This document shows, piece by piece, positions 14,583 through 24,417 of a DNA stretch of 24,417 nt. The translations under genes and the position numbers were made by a program. The notes under the pieces were generated by a model. The model saw only the letters and a program-made list of their open reading frames with translations, was not told the origin of the DNA and searched no databases. Within the stretch, counting starts at the first letter, position 1. Each line of letters begins with the position of its first letter. Source of the stretch: Octopus sinensis (taxonomy: Eukaryota); contig NW_021836329.1 of NCBI RefSeq assembly GCF_006345805.1, positions 1-24,417 of the forward strand, in the 5' to 3' direction.

Positions 14583-16921
14583 AGATTTATTGTTTCTATT
14601 GAAACAAGACACTGTTTCAATAGAAAACATCATAAAAATATTATAAAATTGTTTTATAAAGAATAAAATTTTCATTAAAAATAGGATGATTTATAGTTTC
14701 TATGAAACAGACACTGTTTCAATAAAACCATCATAAAAATATTATAAAATTGTTTTATAAAAAATAAAATTTTCATTAAAATAGGATGATTATATTTTCT
14801 ATTGAAACAAGAAACTGTTTCAATAGAATATTATAAAATTGTTTTATAAAGAATAAAAATTTTCATTAAAAATAGGATGATTTATATTTTCTATTGAAAC
14901 AAGAAACTGTTTCAATAGAAATATTATAAAATTGTTTTATAAAGAATAAAAATTTTCATTAAAAATAGGATGATTTATATTTTCTATTGAAACAAGAAAC
15001 TGTTTCAATAGAAATATTATAAAATTGTTTTATAAAGAATAAAAATTTTCATTAAAAATAGGATGATTTATATTTTCTATTGAAACAAGAAACTGTTTCA
15101 ATAGAAATATTATAAAATTGTTTTATAAAGAATAAAAATTTTCATTAAAAAATTATAAAATTGTTTTATAAAGAATAAAAATTTTCATTAAAAATAGGAT
15201 GATTTATATTTTCTATTGAAACAAGAAACTGTTTCAATAGAAATATTATAAAAATTGTTTTATAAAGAATAAAAATTTTCATTAAAAAATTATAAAATTG
15301 TTTTATAAAGAATAAAAATTTTCATTACAAATAGGATGATTTATTTTTCTATTGAAACAAGAAACTGTTTCAATAGAAATATTATAAAATTGTTTTTAAA
15401 GATAAAAATTTTTCATTAAAAAATTATAAATTGTTTTATAAAGAATAAAAATTTTCATTAAAAATAGGATGATTTATATTTTCTATTGAAACAAGAACTG
15501 TTTCAATAGAAATATTATAAAATTGTTTTATAAAGAATAAAAATTTTCATTAAAAATAGGATGATTTATATTTTCTATTGAACAAGAAACTGTTTCAATA
15601 GAAATATTATAAAATGTTTTTATAAAGAATAAAAATTTTCATTAAAAATAGGATGATTTATATTTTCTATTGAAACAAGAAACTGTTTTCAATAGAAATA
15701 TTATAAAAGGTTTTATAAAAGAATAAAAATTTTCATTAAAAAATTATAAATTGTTTTATAAAGAATAAAAAATTTCATAAAAATAGGATGATTTATTTTT
15801 CTATTGAAACAAGAAACTGTTTCAATAGAAATATTATAAAAATTGTTTTATAAAGAATAAAAATTTTCATTAAAATATAGATGATTTATATTTTTCTATT
15901 GAAACAAGAAACTGTTTCAATAGAAATATTATAAAATTGTTTTTATTAAAGAATAAAAATTTTTCATTAAAAATTATAAAATTGTTTTATAAAGAATAAA
16001 AATTTTCATTAAAAATAGGATGATTTTTTTTCTATTGAACAAGAAACTGTTTCAATAGAAATATTATAAAATTTTTTATAAAGAATAAATTTTCATTAAA
16101 AAATTAAAATTGTTTATAAAGAATAAAAATTTTCATTAAAAATAGGATGATTTATATTTTCTATTGAAACAGAAACTGTTTCAATAGAATATTATAAATT
16201 GTTTTATAAAGAATAAAAATTTTCATTAAAAATAGGATGATTTATATTTTCTATTGAACAAGAACTGTTTCAATAGAAATATTATAAAATTTTTTTATAA
16301 AGAATAAAAATTTTCATTAAAAAATTATAAATTGTTTTATAAAGAATAAAAATTTTTCATTAAAAATAGGATGATTTATATTTTCTATTGAAACAAGAAA
16401 CTGTTTCATAGAAAACATCATAAAATATGATAAAATCCTCAATAGTCAATGTGTATTGTTTAAAAATTGATAAAATCGGCCATTAGCGTCTCAGTTCATC
16501 AAATGAAAAAAGGAATTTAAAATTGAATATAAATGCAATAAACAAAAATACAGTGAAAAAAAGATAAAAAATTATCAAAGAAAATAAGGTAATCCCCAAA
16601 TTAAAAATAGGATGAAATTCAATTTTCAAATTTCAAATAAGTAGAATATACAGATTGAGGATAAACTTGCAAATATTACAAAATGATGAAATTTCAGAAA
16701 ATTAACAATAAAAGAAACTACATCGCAGAATATCCCTTCTGAATCCAATAAATAAAAAAATAAGATCGACAACTAAGTAATACAACAACAAGGTATATCA
16801 ACCGCGTGTTTACACGTGCATAATTTATTAGGTTTTCTATTAATAATTGGTTAACCAAAAATTAAAAATAATTTATTAATGAAATCAAACATTTTTTTAA
16901 TTAAAACACAATTTTACCTAG
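14583..16921 (+). mobile_element. AT-rich non-autonomous element copy 2: ~17 tandem hairpin units (93 and 136 bp) plus terminal domain ending CTAG|T
   Basis: The unit contains TTTCTATTGAAACA-agaaac-TGTTTCAATAGAAA and TTATAAAA-ttg-TTTTATAA. Periods are 93 bp (14872, 14965, 15058) and 136 bp (15058-15194). The terminal domain ~16600-16921 is the inverse of 2839-3170 and contains a CGTGT-tt-ACACG hairpin near 16805. Confidence 0.75.
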
Positions 16922-17090
16922 TAGCTTATAAACATTGTAAATATTAGAGCGCATATCTCATAGTGTTTTTAAGTGATCAGTCGTTCTTATCACCCGTACA
17001 TACGACAATAAATAAAGTGTATAATAAATAAACTTTTATTTTATATAAACTTTTATTTAAATACAATATTTTGGTCTGTTGTTCTCAGAG

Positions 17091-17731
17091 ATGACAGTTT
17101 GAAATCACCGAGGATGACGCAAGGTTAATAGTGGGGTCAAACTACTGATTGCCAGCTCAAAGCACAACCCCAAAATGCGAAATATCTCAACATCCGAACA
17201 AAGAATGGTTTATTAATAATTGTTTGCAGGTCCCCAGTCTGATCATCCCCACTTATTCTGGAAACAAGTCAACGAAGCCGCGACTGTGATATCCACGAGG
17301 AATATAATAGCCGTGAGTACAACACACATCTCCAAATCACAGTCCTCGCTTCTCCCGTGTAGTGGGTGCCTCATTCGTGGAAGGGGGTCACTTGCCCAGG
17401 TGTGAGTGTGTGTGATGTGATTAGTCGAGTGATGTGGTCGTGGTGGACAATCCCACCCAATTCGACTGTGATGGCCACCACATCATATCCTTCTGTGACA
17501 CTGACTGTGACCCCAAACGTTCTCTCTGTGTCATTCCCTCCGCCAATAAAGTAAGCCCACTCTCCAATTATAGGATCCTCACGCCATTGTCGCCGCCTGG
17601 TATTTCCTGGCCAGACAAGTCCTTCGTCTGAGATCCAACTGTGAGCTCGCCTTCCAGGACTTTTTGGATAAGTCGATTGTATGTGTGGGTTTATATTTGA
17701 GGATGGCCACAATGGACATCAGGCTGATTGA
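17091..17731 (+). CDS. Divergent, shortened uS2/RPSA (40S ribosomal protein SA)-like protein, ~163 aa, 6 micro-introns
   Basis: Introns 17131-17155 (25 nt), 17208-17229 (22), 17313-17342 (30), 17400-17424 (25), 17551-17573 (23) and 17679-17701 (23) all splice in phase. The product EITEDDARLILKA...LFWKQVNEAATVI...DVVVVDNP...HIISFCDTDCDPKRSLCVIPSANKDPHAIVAAWYFLARQVLRLR aligns by eye to RPSA (MKEEDVLKFLAA; TWEKLLLAARAI; LLVVTDP; IALCNTDSPL...[26 protein letters not shown]). The ATG at 17091 needs a 1-nt correction in the TTT run. Confidence 0.72.
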
Positions 17732-17806
17732 GTGTTGTTCATTACATTTTGGTCAATTTTAGTTATTAAATATTTTTTGTTTAAAATAAATTATTTGAAT
17801 TTTCAA

Positions 17807-18414
17807 ATGGCTAGTCGTGGTGATTCAACGGGGGCACATCTAAACTGTAAAGTTGAACGACTTATCGAATCTTTAAAATCCCTCAAAGAGAGGAAAATAG
17901 ACCAACTGGGCAGAATACAGAGATTGGACAGGAGATTCCACAAGATTTGCCAGTCCAGCCGCGTGCACAAGGAGGCATGAATGATGTCATCACCCCTAGT
18001 TGATGGAAATAGACAGGGAAGTGCTCTCACAGTCAAACGGGAATCGATTCAATCTGCTGTTGGCGGGACTGGCCTTTGAGGATGAGCGAATAAGGGAGTT
18101 GTCGGAGAACAACGCAATGATGAATGTGTATGTGGAGGAGTGTCTGTCCACCTTGGAAATGGTGATGGACAAGTACAGGGAACATCTGTCTGTCTGCTCC
18201 AACCACGTTTGTGAGGAATATCAGGCAAAATATGTTGGGAGTGTGTCATTAGTTGTAGGACGACACGTCGGGTGTTGTGGGGCCACTCGTCACGACTATT
18301 AAACAACTTCTTTCTCAGGCCACCCAAGACCAGGATGAACAAATCCAACTTATTTCTAAATTTAAGGATCAGAACGACAAGATTAGGAAGTATTTAAAGA
18401 TTGATGAATTCTAA
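17807..18414 (+). CDS. FGFR1OP2: FGFR1OP2/SIKE1-family coiled-coil protein (STRIPAK component)
   Basis: Introns 17975-17999 (GC-AG, 25 nt; alternative GT donor at 17963 gives 37 nt) and 18234-18258 (25 nt). GLAFEDERIRELSENNAMMNVYVEECLSTLEMVMDKYREHL matches family GIQQENRQIRELQQENKEL...LELIMSKYREQM; C-terminal QIQLISKFKDQNDKIRKYLKI. Confidence 0.82.
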
Positions 18415-18782
18415 GTTATGTTTGTTGTAAACATTCGTTCTGTCTGGTAGGCTGAGTAGGGCATTTATAAGATTTTGGCATAAAGTTAATCCGCAAAGTG
18501 GACTGGTTCTCACATTTGATGGTCGCAACTTTAAAAAGTTTCCATCTCCGTCAACAATTTGCAGGAAATACTCGAATGTGTCTGAAACTACACGATATGT
18601 CCAAATCGGGATTTCAGATAAGTAAATATCCAATCTTTCTTGTAGCTCTAAGAGAAGTAGGTGGTGTGGAGAGTCGACAGATCAATAGTTTAAGAAAATA
18701 TAAATCTATTAACGCAATTAGGAGAGTGAAATGACAAAATAAATAAGATTTGGGTTTCTAAACCTTCACCAGTAATATATTT

Positions 18783-18798
18783 CAGTGGTTCTCAACCT
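18783..18798 (+). mobile_element. Solo Charlie-type TIR remnant
   Basis: CAGTGGTTCTCAACCT is 15/16 identical to the TIR ending at 9814; no partner seen nearby. Confidence 0.55.
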
Positions 18799-18927
18799 TT
18801 ATTTTTGTATCGCCCCCTTGGAATTTTTTTCGCTTCATTTAAAAAACTATGTTAATGTGAAAAATCTATTATTTAAAACGAAGGAAAGCAGCCGAAAGTA
18901 ATATTCACAGAAAAGTATAAAACAAGA

Positions 18928-20477
18928 TCAGTGTTTGTTAGTGTTAGCTCCATCGAGTCCCCAGGAGTTGAAAAGTGGCATTCTAGCAGGGACCATTCCT
19001 CGTAGCATATTTTGTGGCACAAACATGGCCGAACACGGCACATTGAGGGGATTCACCGGGTAGAAAGGAACAAACTGAGTCTGAGCAAATCCCTGGACTC
19101 CAATTTTAGTCTTGTCGGTTAATTCGTCAATGTAATTGGAGACGTGTTCGGAGTGAGTTTTGGGCGTCTCCTGAGGCATGCCTCCAATCTGAACAAAATT
19201 TCCAAGGCAGGACAAGGAATATGTTTGGAAGTCATCTCGAATGTGCAAATTGGGGAGTTCGGAGGACTCGTCTTGGAGGACGGTCTCATTGGAAGTGACA
19301 GACACAGCATCCGACATGTCATCCTGCTCACGTGGGCGGTCAGTCTGGGAATAGTCCATGATCAAATCGTCATATAAAATGTCATTCGTATCCCTCCGCT
19401 CCTCGACTGGGTCGATTTTTGTTGCGTTTTTTAAAGGCGATGGACGGTTTTTATTAGCAACAACAACGTTCCCTATCATGTTTTTGAAGGGCTCGAGTAT
19501 CTTCATTGAATTGAGGATTGAATTTATGTCCTTCGGGTCCTTCAACAACGGCCTTTTCGGAGGATCAGCCGGCCTGCCACAGTTCTCGGGGTCGTAGGAC
19601 GAGTCGTCACTGTCGAGGGCATTGACCACCTCGTTCGGCCTTTTCCCGGAATCTAGATTGGTGATGAGTGATATACATTGGGCAGTCTGACTCGTCTCCC
19701 TTAGCAAATAAATAAATAAGGCCATCAAACCGTAAGGACGTGTCTCTGCAGGTGGTCGTACTTGGCAACCCGTGCCTTGAGGAGGGCAATGAATGCACGT
19801 CTGAGGAGGACATCCCCCTCGACCTTGTCTAGCACAGCACAACCCTCCCTATGCACATCGCGGACTAGGATAGCAATAGAGCACCCAACCCTCCGCATTG
19901 GTGGATATAGCACGACTAAGGGAGGCGAGGACACCCCGGACTAACACACGACAATCGAATAACTCGTCTTTCATACTAATAAGCTGTTTAACCTACCAAT
20001 TCACAAATATCAATAAACAGTGGCCGGCCTGTCATCCGCACTAATCGACTCCCCTCCGACATTACTCAGCAGACGTCCTTCCAACAACTGGAGATACTCG
20101 GGAGGGTACACCCCTCGCTCACCCCACACCGACAGCAGTCGTTCCATCCTTCTGTGCATGTCCTCCCCCATCCCCGACACCACTTCCACCGCATCCGGCA
20201 GAACCACCGCGAACGGGCCTCGGAAGCCCACCCGTTTGGGGGATACCTGCACCAGTTCGTTGCACACGTAAAACAGTGGGAGGATTTTGTCCCTTTCTAC
20301 AACGGGTGGATTGCCCTTACCGAACTCCTGGATTGCCTTGAACCAGCATTCCACTATTAAAATGTCAAATTTCTTGTAATGCAACAGCCAGAGGGATATT
20401 TTTTGGATATCCTCGGTGTTCATGCTCACTTCATTCAGACGTTTTAATATTTTTGCTTCGTTCAAAATGAAAGACAT
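18928..20477 (-). CDS. RPRD1/RPRD2-like RNA polymerase II CTD-interacting (CID/RPR) protein with coiled coil and long low-complexity tail, ~479 aa
   Basis: MSFILNEAKILKRLNEVSMNTEDIQKISLWLLHYKK...LPLFYVCNELVQ...MERLLSVWGERGVY is a CID domain. Introns 20297-20320 (24 nt), 19993-20018 (26), 19865-19889 (25) and 19696-19730 (35, GAG acceptor; or 31 nt with a 1-nt error) link it to the 18928..19842 ORF. Confidence 0.85.
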
Positions 20478-21612
20478 TCCCACTTATTTTCTACCTTTCT
20501 TCTAAGAAAATTCACTGAATATAAAAACAAACTAACAAAGATGGAGCAACTGCAGTGACTTTATTTTATTGTAAAAATAATTAATATTTAACAAATTGAC
20601 ATTTCACTATTATTTTAAGTAATTATTTATTAATTATTTTTAATCTCTCTGAAAACATCAATTATGTGGGGCTAAAAAGTAGCAACATTTTATCCAAAGT
20701 AAACATGTAAACAAGGTGTTTGACTCGCCTAAGTAGCCTCAGATCAAAGCATCGCCTGATACTTGTGACTGACTGTCAGTACTAAAGACCTGCGGACTCT
20801 GAATAGCTTTGAACAGGTCGTCTGGTCGACAGTTGAGTGGATATGACTCTGGAGTGCCCCTCCGCACAAGGAATGAGTCAGCTCTTCACCATTTCCTGTG
20901 AATCCCCACAAAGTAAAGTCCTTCAAGTCAGTTGAGTTGAATCAACTGTGATGAGTATCCATAAAATTCGTAACAATTTGCACTAATTATTTTTCTTTAT
21001 TGAACAGTGTAAAGTATCTGGATCAATCAAAGTATAGATATAAATACAATTTTCCCTATAAATACGAGAATGTAGATAAGCTTTATCAACTTTCCACTTG
21101 CAATTTCTCCAATCAATTCGATAAAACGAGATTTTTTAATAATTTTTGTGAACAGTCAAGTACACTCCAGTAGGCCAGACACACTCTACTATCAATTAAA
21201 CATTTTCAATTGAGAGTGACTGTTTATTTTGAAGTAAATTATGAAAAATGTGAGTTTGATGGATTAAAGGTGTAAGCTCAAAGAAAACGTAAATTCTCCG
21301 CCTCAGTTTAAAGAACGGGATCACCAGTCAAGGTTGGAATTCAAGTTGGAATGTTGGGAGTGCTGATGTGAAGTATGGATTAAAAGCACACAGTCATTAA
21401 TGAAAGTTAATTAAAAGAAGGAAGTATGAATACCCAGTGATGTAATCCTATTTATGACGTTTTGGGAAAAGTGAATAGTTAATAGATTGAAGTGTCATTG
21501 ACTCATATTAGAATAGGTGGAGTTGTGTTGGTCAATATGTGACAATCATGACAGAAAATAAATATTCGCTAATTTCCGATATATAAACCGCAATGCACTG
21601 CGCCATCGTTTT

Positions 21613-22584
21613 ATGAATTATAACAACAATGTGTCGTGTACATCAATTCCCCTCGACCCCCCCGAAATCAACAGTGTGGGCGGCATTGGGAGGGAGAGAA
21701 TCCTCAATCGAAATGGCCAATACAAAATGAAAATGTCCGGATGGGGCTATATGAGGAAAATAAAGGATTTGTATAATACATTTCTTGACCTAGCCTGGTG
21801 GAAAGTGTGTCTGATATATCCGATTGTGTTTATTATTTCCTGGCTCTTCTTCGGGCTGCTGTGGTTCCAAATATCAAAGGAGAAGGGACAGTGTTTGGCC
21901 AACGTCGACTCGTTTTATTCCGCGTTCCTGTTCTCCCTGGAGACACAGCGAACGATCGGGTACGGCCACCGATACATCAGACAGACGTGTTTCAGTTCCT
22001 ATGTGGTGCTAGTCCTGCAGTCGAGCATTGGAATTGTCATTCACGCACTCATGGTCGGAATGATGTACGACCGTTTCTCCAAAAACAACAATCGAGCACA
22101 GACTATTCTCTTCTCCAGAAACGCAGTGATCTGCCAGAGGGACAATTTCCCCTGTTTTGTATTCAGAACAGCTAACTTGCAGGCAACAGGCCTTGTCGAC
22201 TGCCAGGTTGTTCTCAAGTTTGTGTATTCTACCATTACTGAAGAACAGGAGACTATTCTCCTTGATTTTATTAACCTCCAAGTCGGCGAGGATGACGTTT
22301 CTCAGGAAATTGAATTTTGTACTCCAGTCCTCATTGCACACAGAATCACGCCTGCTAGTCCAATCTACGACTATCTCGAAAAAGGTCTCGAAGAATCCCA
22401 ATTTGAAATACTCGTTCTCCTGACTGGGTGCGACGAAGCCACTGGAGTCACCATCCAGGCTCGAGTCTCCTATCTTCCCAGAGATATCATCCTCAATCAC
22501 CGATTCGTTATGATTGAGTCTTTGTCCAACTCGAATGATTGGATTCTTGATTTTAAAAAATTTCATTCTATTTTGCCCGAATAA
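21613..22584 (+). CDS. Inward-rectifier potassium channel (Kir/KCNJ family), 323 aa, intronless
   Basis: DLYNTFLDLAWW slide helix and M1; SAFLFSLETQRTIGYGHR pore; two extracellular Cys; M2 QSSIGIVIHALMVG; RAQTILFSRNAVI; PVLIAHRITPASPIY; FEILVLLTGCDEATGVTIQARVSYLP. Confidence 0.97.
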   Translation: MNYNNNVSCTSIPLDPPEINSVGGIGRERILNRNGQYKMKMSGWGYMRKIKDLYNTFLDLAWWKVCLIYPIVFIISWLFFGLLWFQISKEKGQCLANVDSFYSAFLFSLETQRTIGYGHRYIRQTCFSSYVVLVLQSSIGIVIHALMVGMMYDRFSKNNNRAQTILFSRNAVICQRDNFPCFVFRTANLQATGLVDCQVVLKFVYSTITEEQETILLDFINLQVGEDDVSQEIEFCTPVLIAHRITPASPIYDYLEKGLEESQFEILVLLTGCDEATGVTIQARVSYLPRDIILNHRFVMIESLSNSNDWILDFKKFHSILPE

Positions 22585-22667
22585 TATGTTTTCTTATTTT
22601 TGTAGAATATTCTTTTTCGGTTAAAATGCTAATTTTTGGATGTTAAAATAAACGAATTATCATTTCA

Positions 22668-23268
22668 ATGAAATATTCAGGTCAGTCTGTATTTCTTGCA
22701 TATGTAGGGAGTATTCTATTTGCTGTTTTCACTCTCGTCTCCTTTTCATTTTCGGTCGTGTTCTACGCCAGTGGTACAACACGGACTGTAATGTCTAGGG
22801 GGAACATCACTTTTTCGTTGTCCCATGAAGAGTGCTATTCCAAAGTTGTTGTTCTGTGCTGGAATATTCGGCATGTTAGTAATCCTCACATCTTTTTTCA
22901 CTTCATTCAACCCCGTTACGAAAAGAAACCGACAAAAGGAGGTAGTCCTTGCAGATTATGTTTCCCTATTCTTCGTGCTAATCGTGATCATCTTAAGCAT
23001 TGCATGTAATTCTATACATAACTATACTCCAGCTCTGGCACTGGCTATTGCAAATCCTATCAGGAAGGAGAATAGCGAGTTTGTGTTGTCACATGGATTC
23101 ATTGTCAACCAGATGTACTGTGATCCCCAAATCTACGACATTGTCTATAAATACTTGCCAGTCCAGCTTGTATTTAGTGGGACCTACTTTGGGTTTATCT
23201 TAATGCGTGTAGTGTTCTACATGAAATCCCAAAAAAACCTTAATCTCCTCAGCATTTTACTTTCTTAA
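22668..23268 (+). CDS. TMEM272-like four-TM membrane protein (~182-191 aa)
   Basis: A 25-nt GT-AG intron at 22774-22798 joins ORFs 22668 and 22825 in frame, and 23006-23032 is a probable in-frame 27-nt intron. Motifs RCPMKSAIPKLLFCAGIFG and YCDPQIY resemble the CP...IP..L...G.FG and YC...LY motifs of TMEM272. Confidence 0.65.
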
Positions 23269-23564
23269 TGGTCGAATATTTAAAAATATTTCGTTTCATT
23301 TTTCTAACAAAATGGTAAAGTGGAGACGTGATTCTGGAAATGACCTACATATATAAGCAGAGCAGTTCGTTCTATTCTTTTACCCTCAATTGCACCGCAC
23401 CCTTTATGGAAAGTGCATTTTGATAATTCCAAGAGCACTCATCATCGTGTTTGGACCACCTTCATATCGAATTACCCATAGTTACTTATCTTTTTAGATT
23501 TTAGGAGCCAACTCCAAGTAGGTTAATTTTTTTGTTTTTTTTTAACAACAATAAGGACGTGAAA

Positions 23565-23682
23565 AGATAGCTAAGCTAATTACTGGAGTCACGAGACACC
23601 CGGCCAGCCTCGCGAATGGCGAAGCCGTTCTCTCGGATCACAGCAAACGACAGACGTTCCAGTAGCCAAGAATACTCTCTAG
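23565..23682 (-). mobile_element. CRE-clade retrotransposon extreme 3' fragment
   Basis: The minus strand gives LREYSWLLERLSFAVIRENGFAIREAGR; near-identical to 13745-13830. Confidence 0.7.
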
Positions 23683-23849
23683 GTTAATTGTCCTAATTTT
23701 TAATAGTTTGAGTAAGTAGGTCAATTCTCCATCCAAAAAGAGGTTTTCTGTTTTTTGAAGATTGATGACCATTCTTAGACAGCTAAGAGTCATGTTTTTG
23801 TTGTGGGGGAGAAAACGACTTCAAGTCCTATATATGAAGTGCATAAATT

Positions 23850-24260
23850 AATGTATTCTGATTGATGGATATGAGAATGTCACTTCTTGCTCAAATGAAA
23901 AACTGCGGATAGGGAGAAAAGTGGGACAGCAAACAAGGTAAATGGTCGTCAAAGGTGATTGCAGGCATCCAGATATAACACCTTGTTTTGTATTGACTGA
24001 AGTTCCGCCGTGGAGCTTGTAAATAGCCAAGAACTTGCATACCTTGGTACGGGGTGGATGTATTATTTGTAGACTTGTTTGAGGAGTGGTTTCTGGGCAT
24101 CAGTGATGTGACCACTTATTGCTTTTGGAATGTTTGTACGCCTGTTTGCTTTGTCCGAAATGTTCGAGACATTTTTGTAAAACAGAGTTGTGTCAAAAAT
24201 AAATCCGAAAACAGTGGTGTGTTTGAATAGCGGAAAGTCAAAATCAAAGAGATATGTCAT
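23850..24260 (-). mobile_element. LINE-type (APE-class, I/R1/Jockey-like) post-RT domain remnant
   Basis: FGFIFDTTL..KNVSNISDKANRRTNIPKAISG...KPLLKQVYK*YIHPVPRYASSW followed by ISGCLQS resembles LG..FD..L....HI..I..KA.RRLN.LK...G...L...YK.YIRP.L.YAS. Confidence 0.65.
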
Positions 24261-24417
24261 CTATCGGAAGATAATAAAGTGATCGAGAACTTGGGGGACA
24301 AAACCCCGAGGTGGTTATCGTTTAGCCAAATCACAGTAGAGTATAGTTATTGGTAAATTTTGAAAGAGGCGGTTTTGCAGTCTTAATGTTTTGAGGCAAT
24401 AATAATGTGCACAGACA

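Noticed and set aside
14583-16430. CRISPR-like palindromic repeats
   Set aside because: The sequence between hairpins is itself repeated rather than unique, so this is a satellite.
17091-17100. Programmed frameshifting or stop-codon reassignment to explain off-by-one frames
   Set aside because: The FGFR1OP2, Kir and TMEM272-like models close with the standard code, and indel noise evident in the repeats is the simpler explanation.
17371-17712. Minus-strand 113-aa ORF, and similar antisense ORFs at 182-1096, 1424-1885, 19144-19944 and 22009-22566
   Set aside because: These are shadows of better-supported genes or TE frames on the opposite strand.

Overview
This is eukaryotic, AT-rich, probably metazoan genomic DNA, with the homopolymer indel noise typical of long reads. 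It has two zones. (1) About 1.2-16.9 kb is a repeat and transposon block. It holds CRE-type retrotransposon fragments, a 42-bp satellite (~49 copies), a three-layer nested insertion (R4/NeSL-like non-LTR element, interrupted by a CGGBP1/DUF659-like hAT, itself interrupted by a Charlie/Buster hAT) and a pogo/Tigger element. Two inverted copies of an AT-rich element with tandem hairpin repeats (2839-3626 and 14583-16921) bracket most of the block. (2) About 17.0-23.3 kb, plus 1-1150, is a tightly packed gene zone. Most genes there are split by ultra-short (21-35 nt) introns, so the ORF track misses them. They are a highly divergent shortened uS2/RPSA-like gene, an FGFR1OP2/SIKE1 homologue, an RPRD1/RPRD2-like CID protein, an intronless Kir channel with unusual pore, rectification and PIP2-site residues, and a TMEM272-like membrane protein. 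Micro-introns plus animal genes suggest a reduced parasite such as a dicyemid or myxozoan (inference only). All gene models and homologies were worked out by eye, not by database search.
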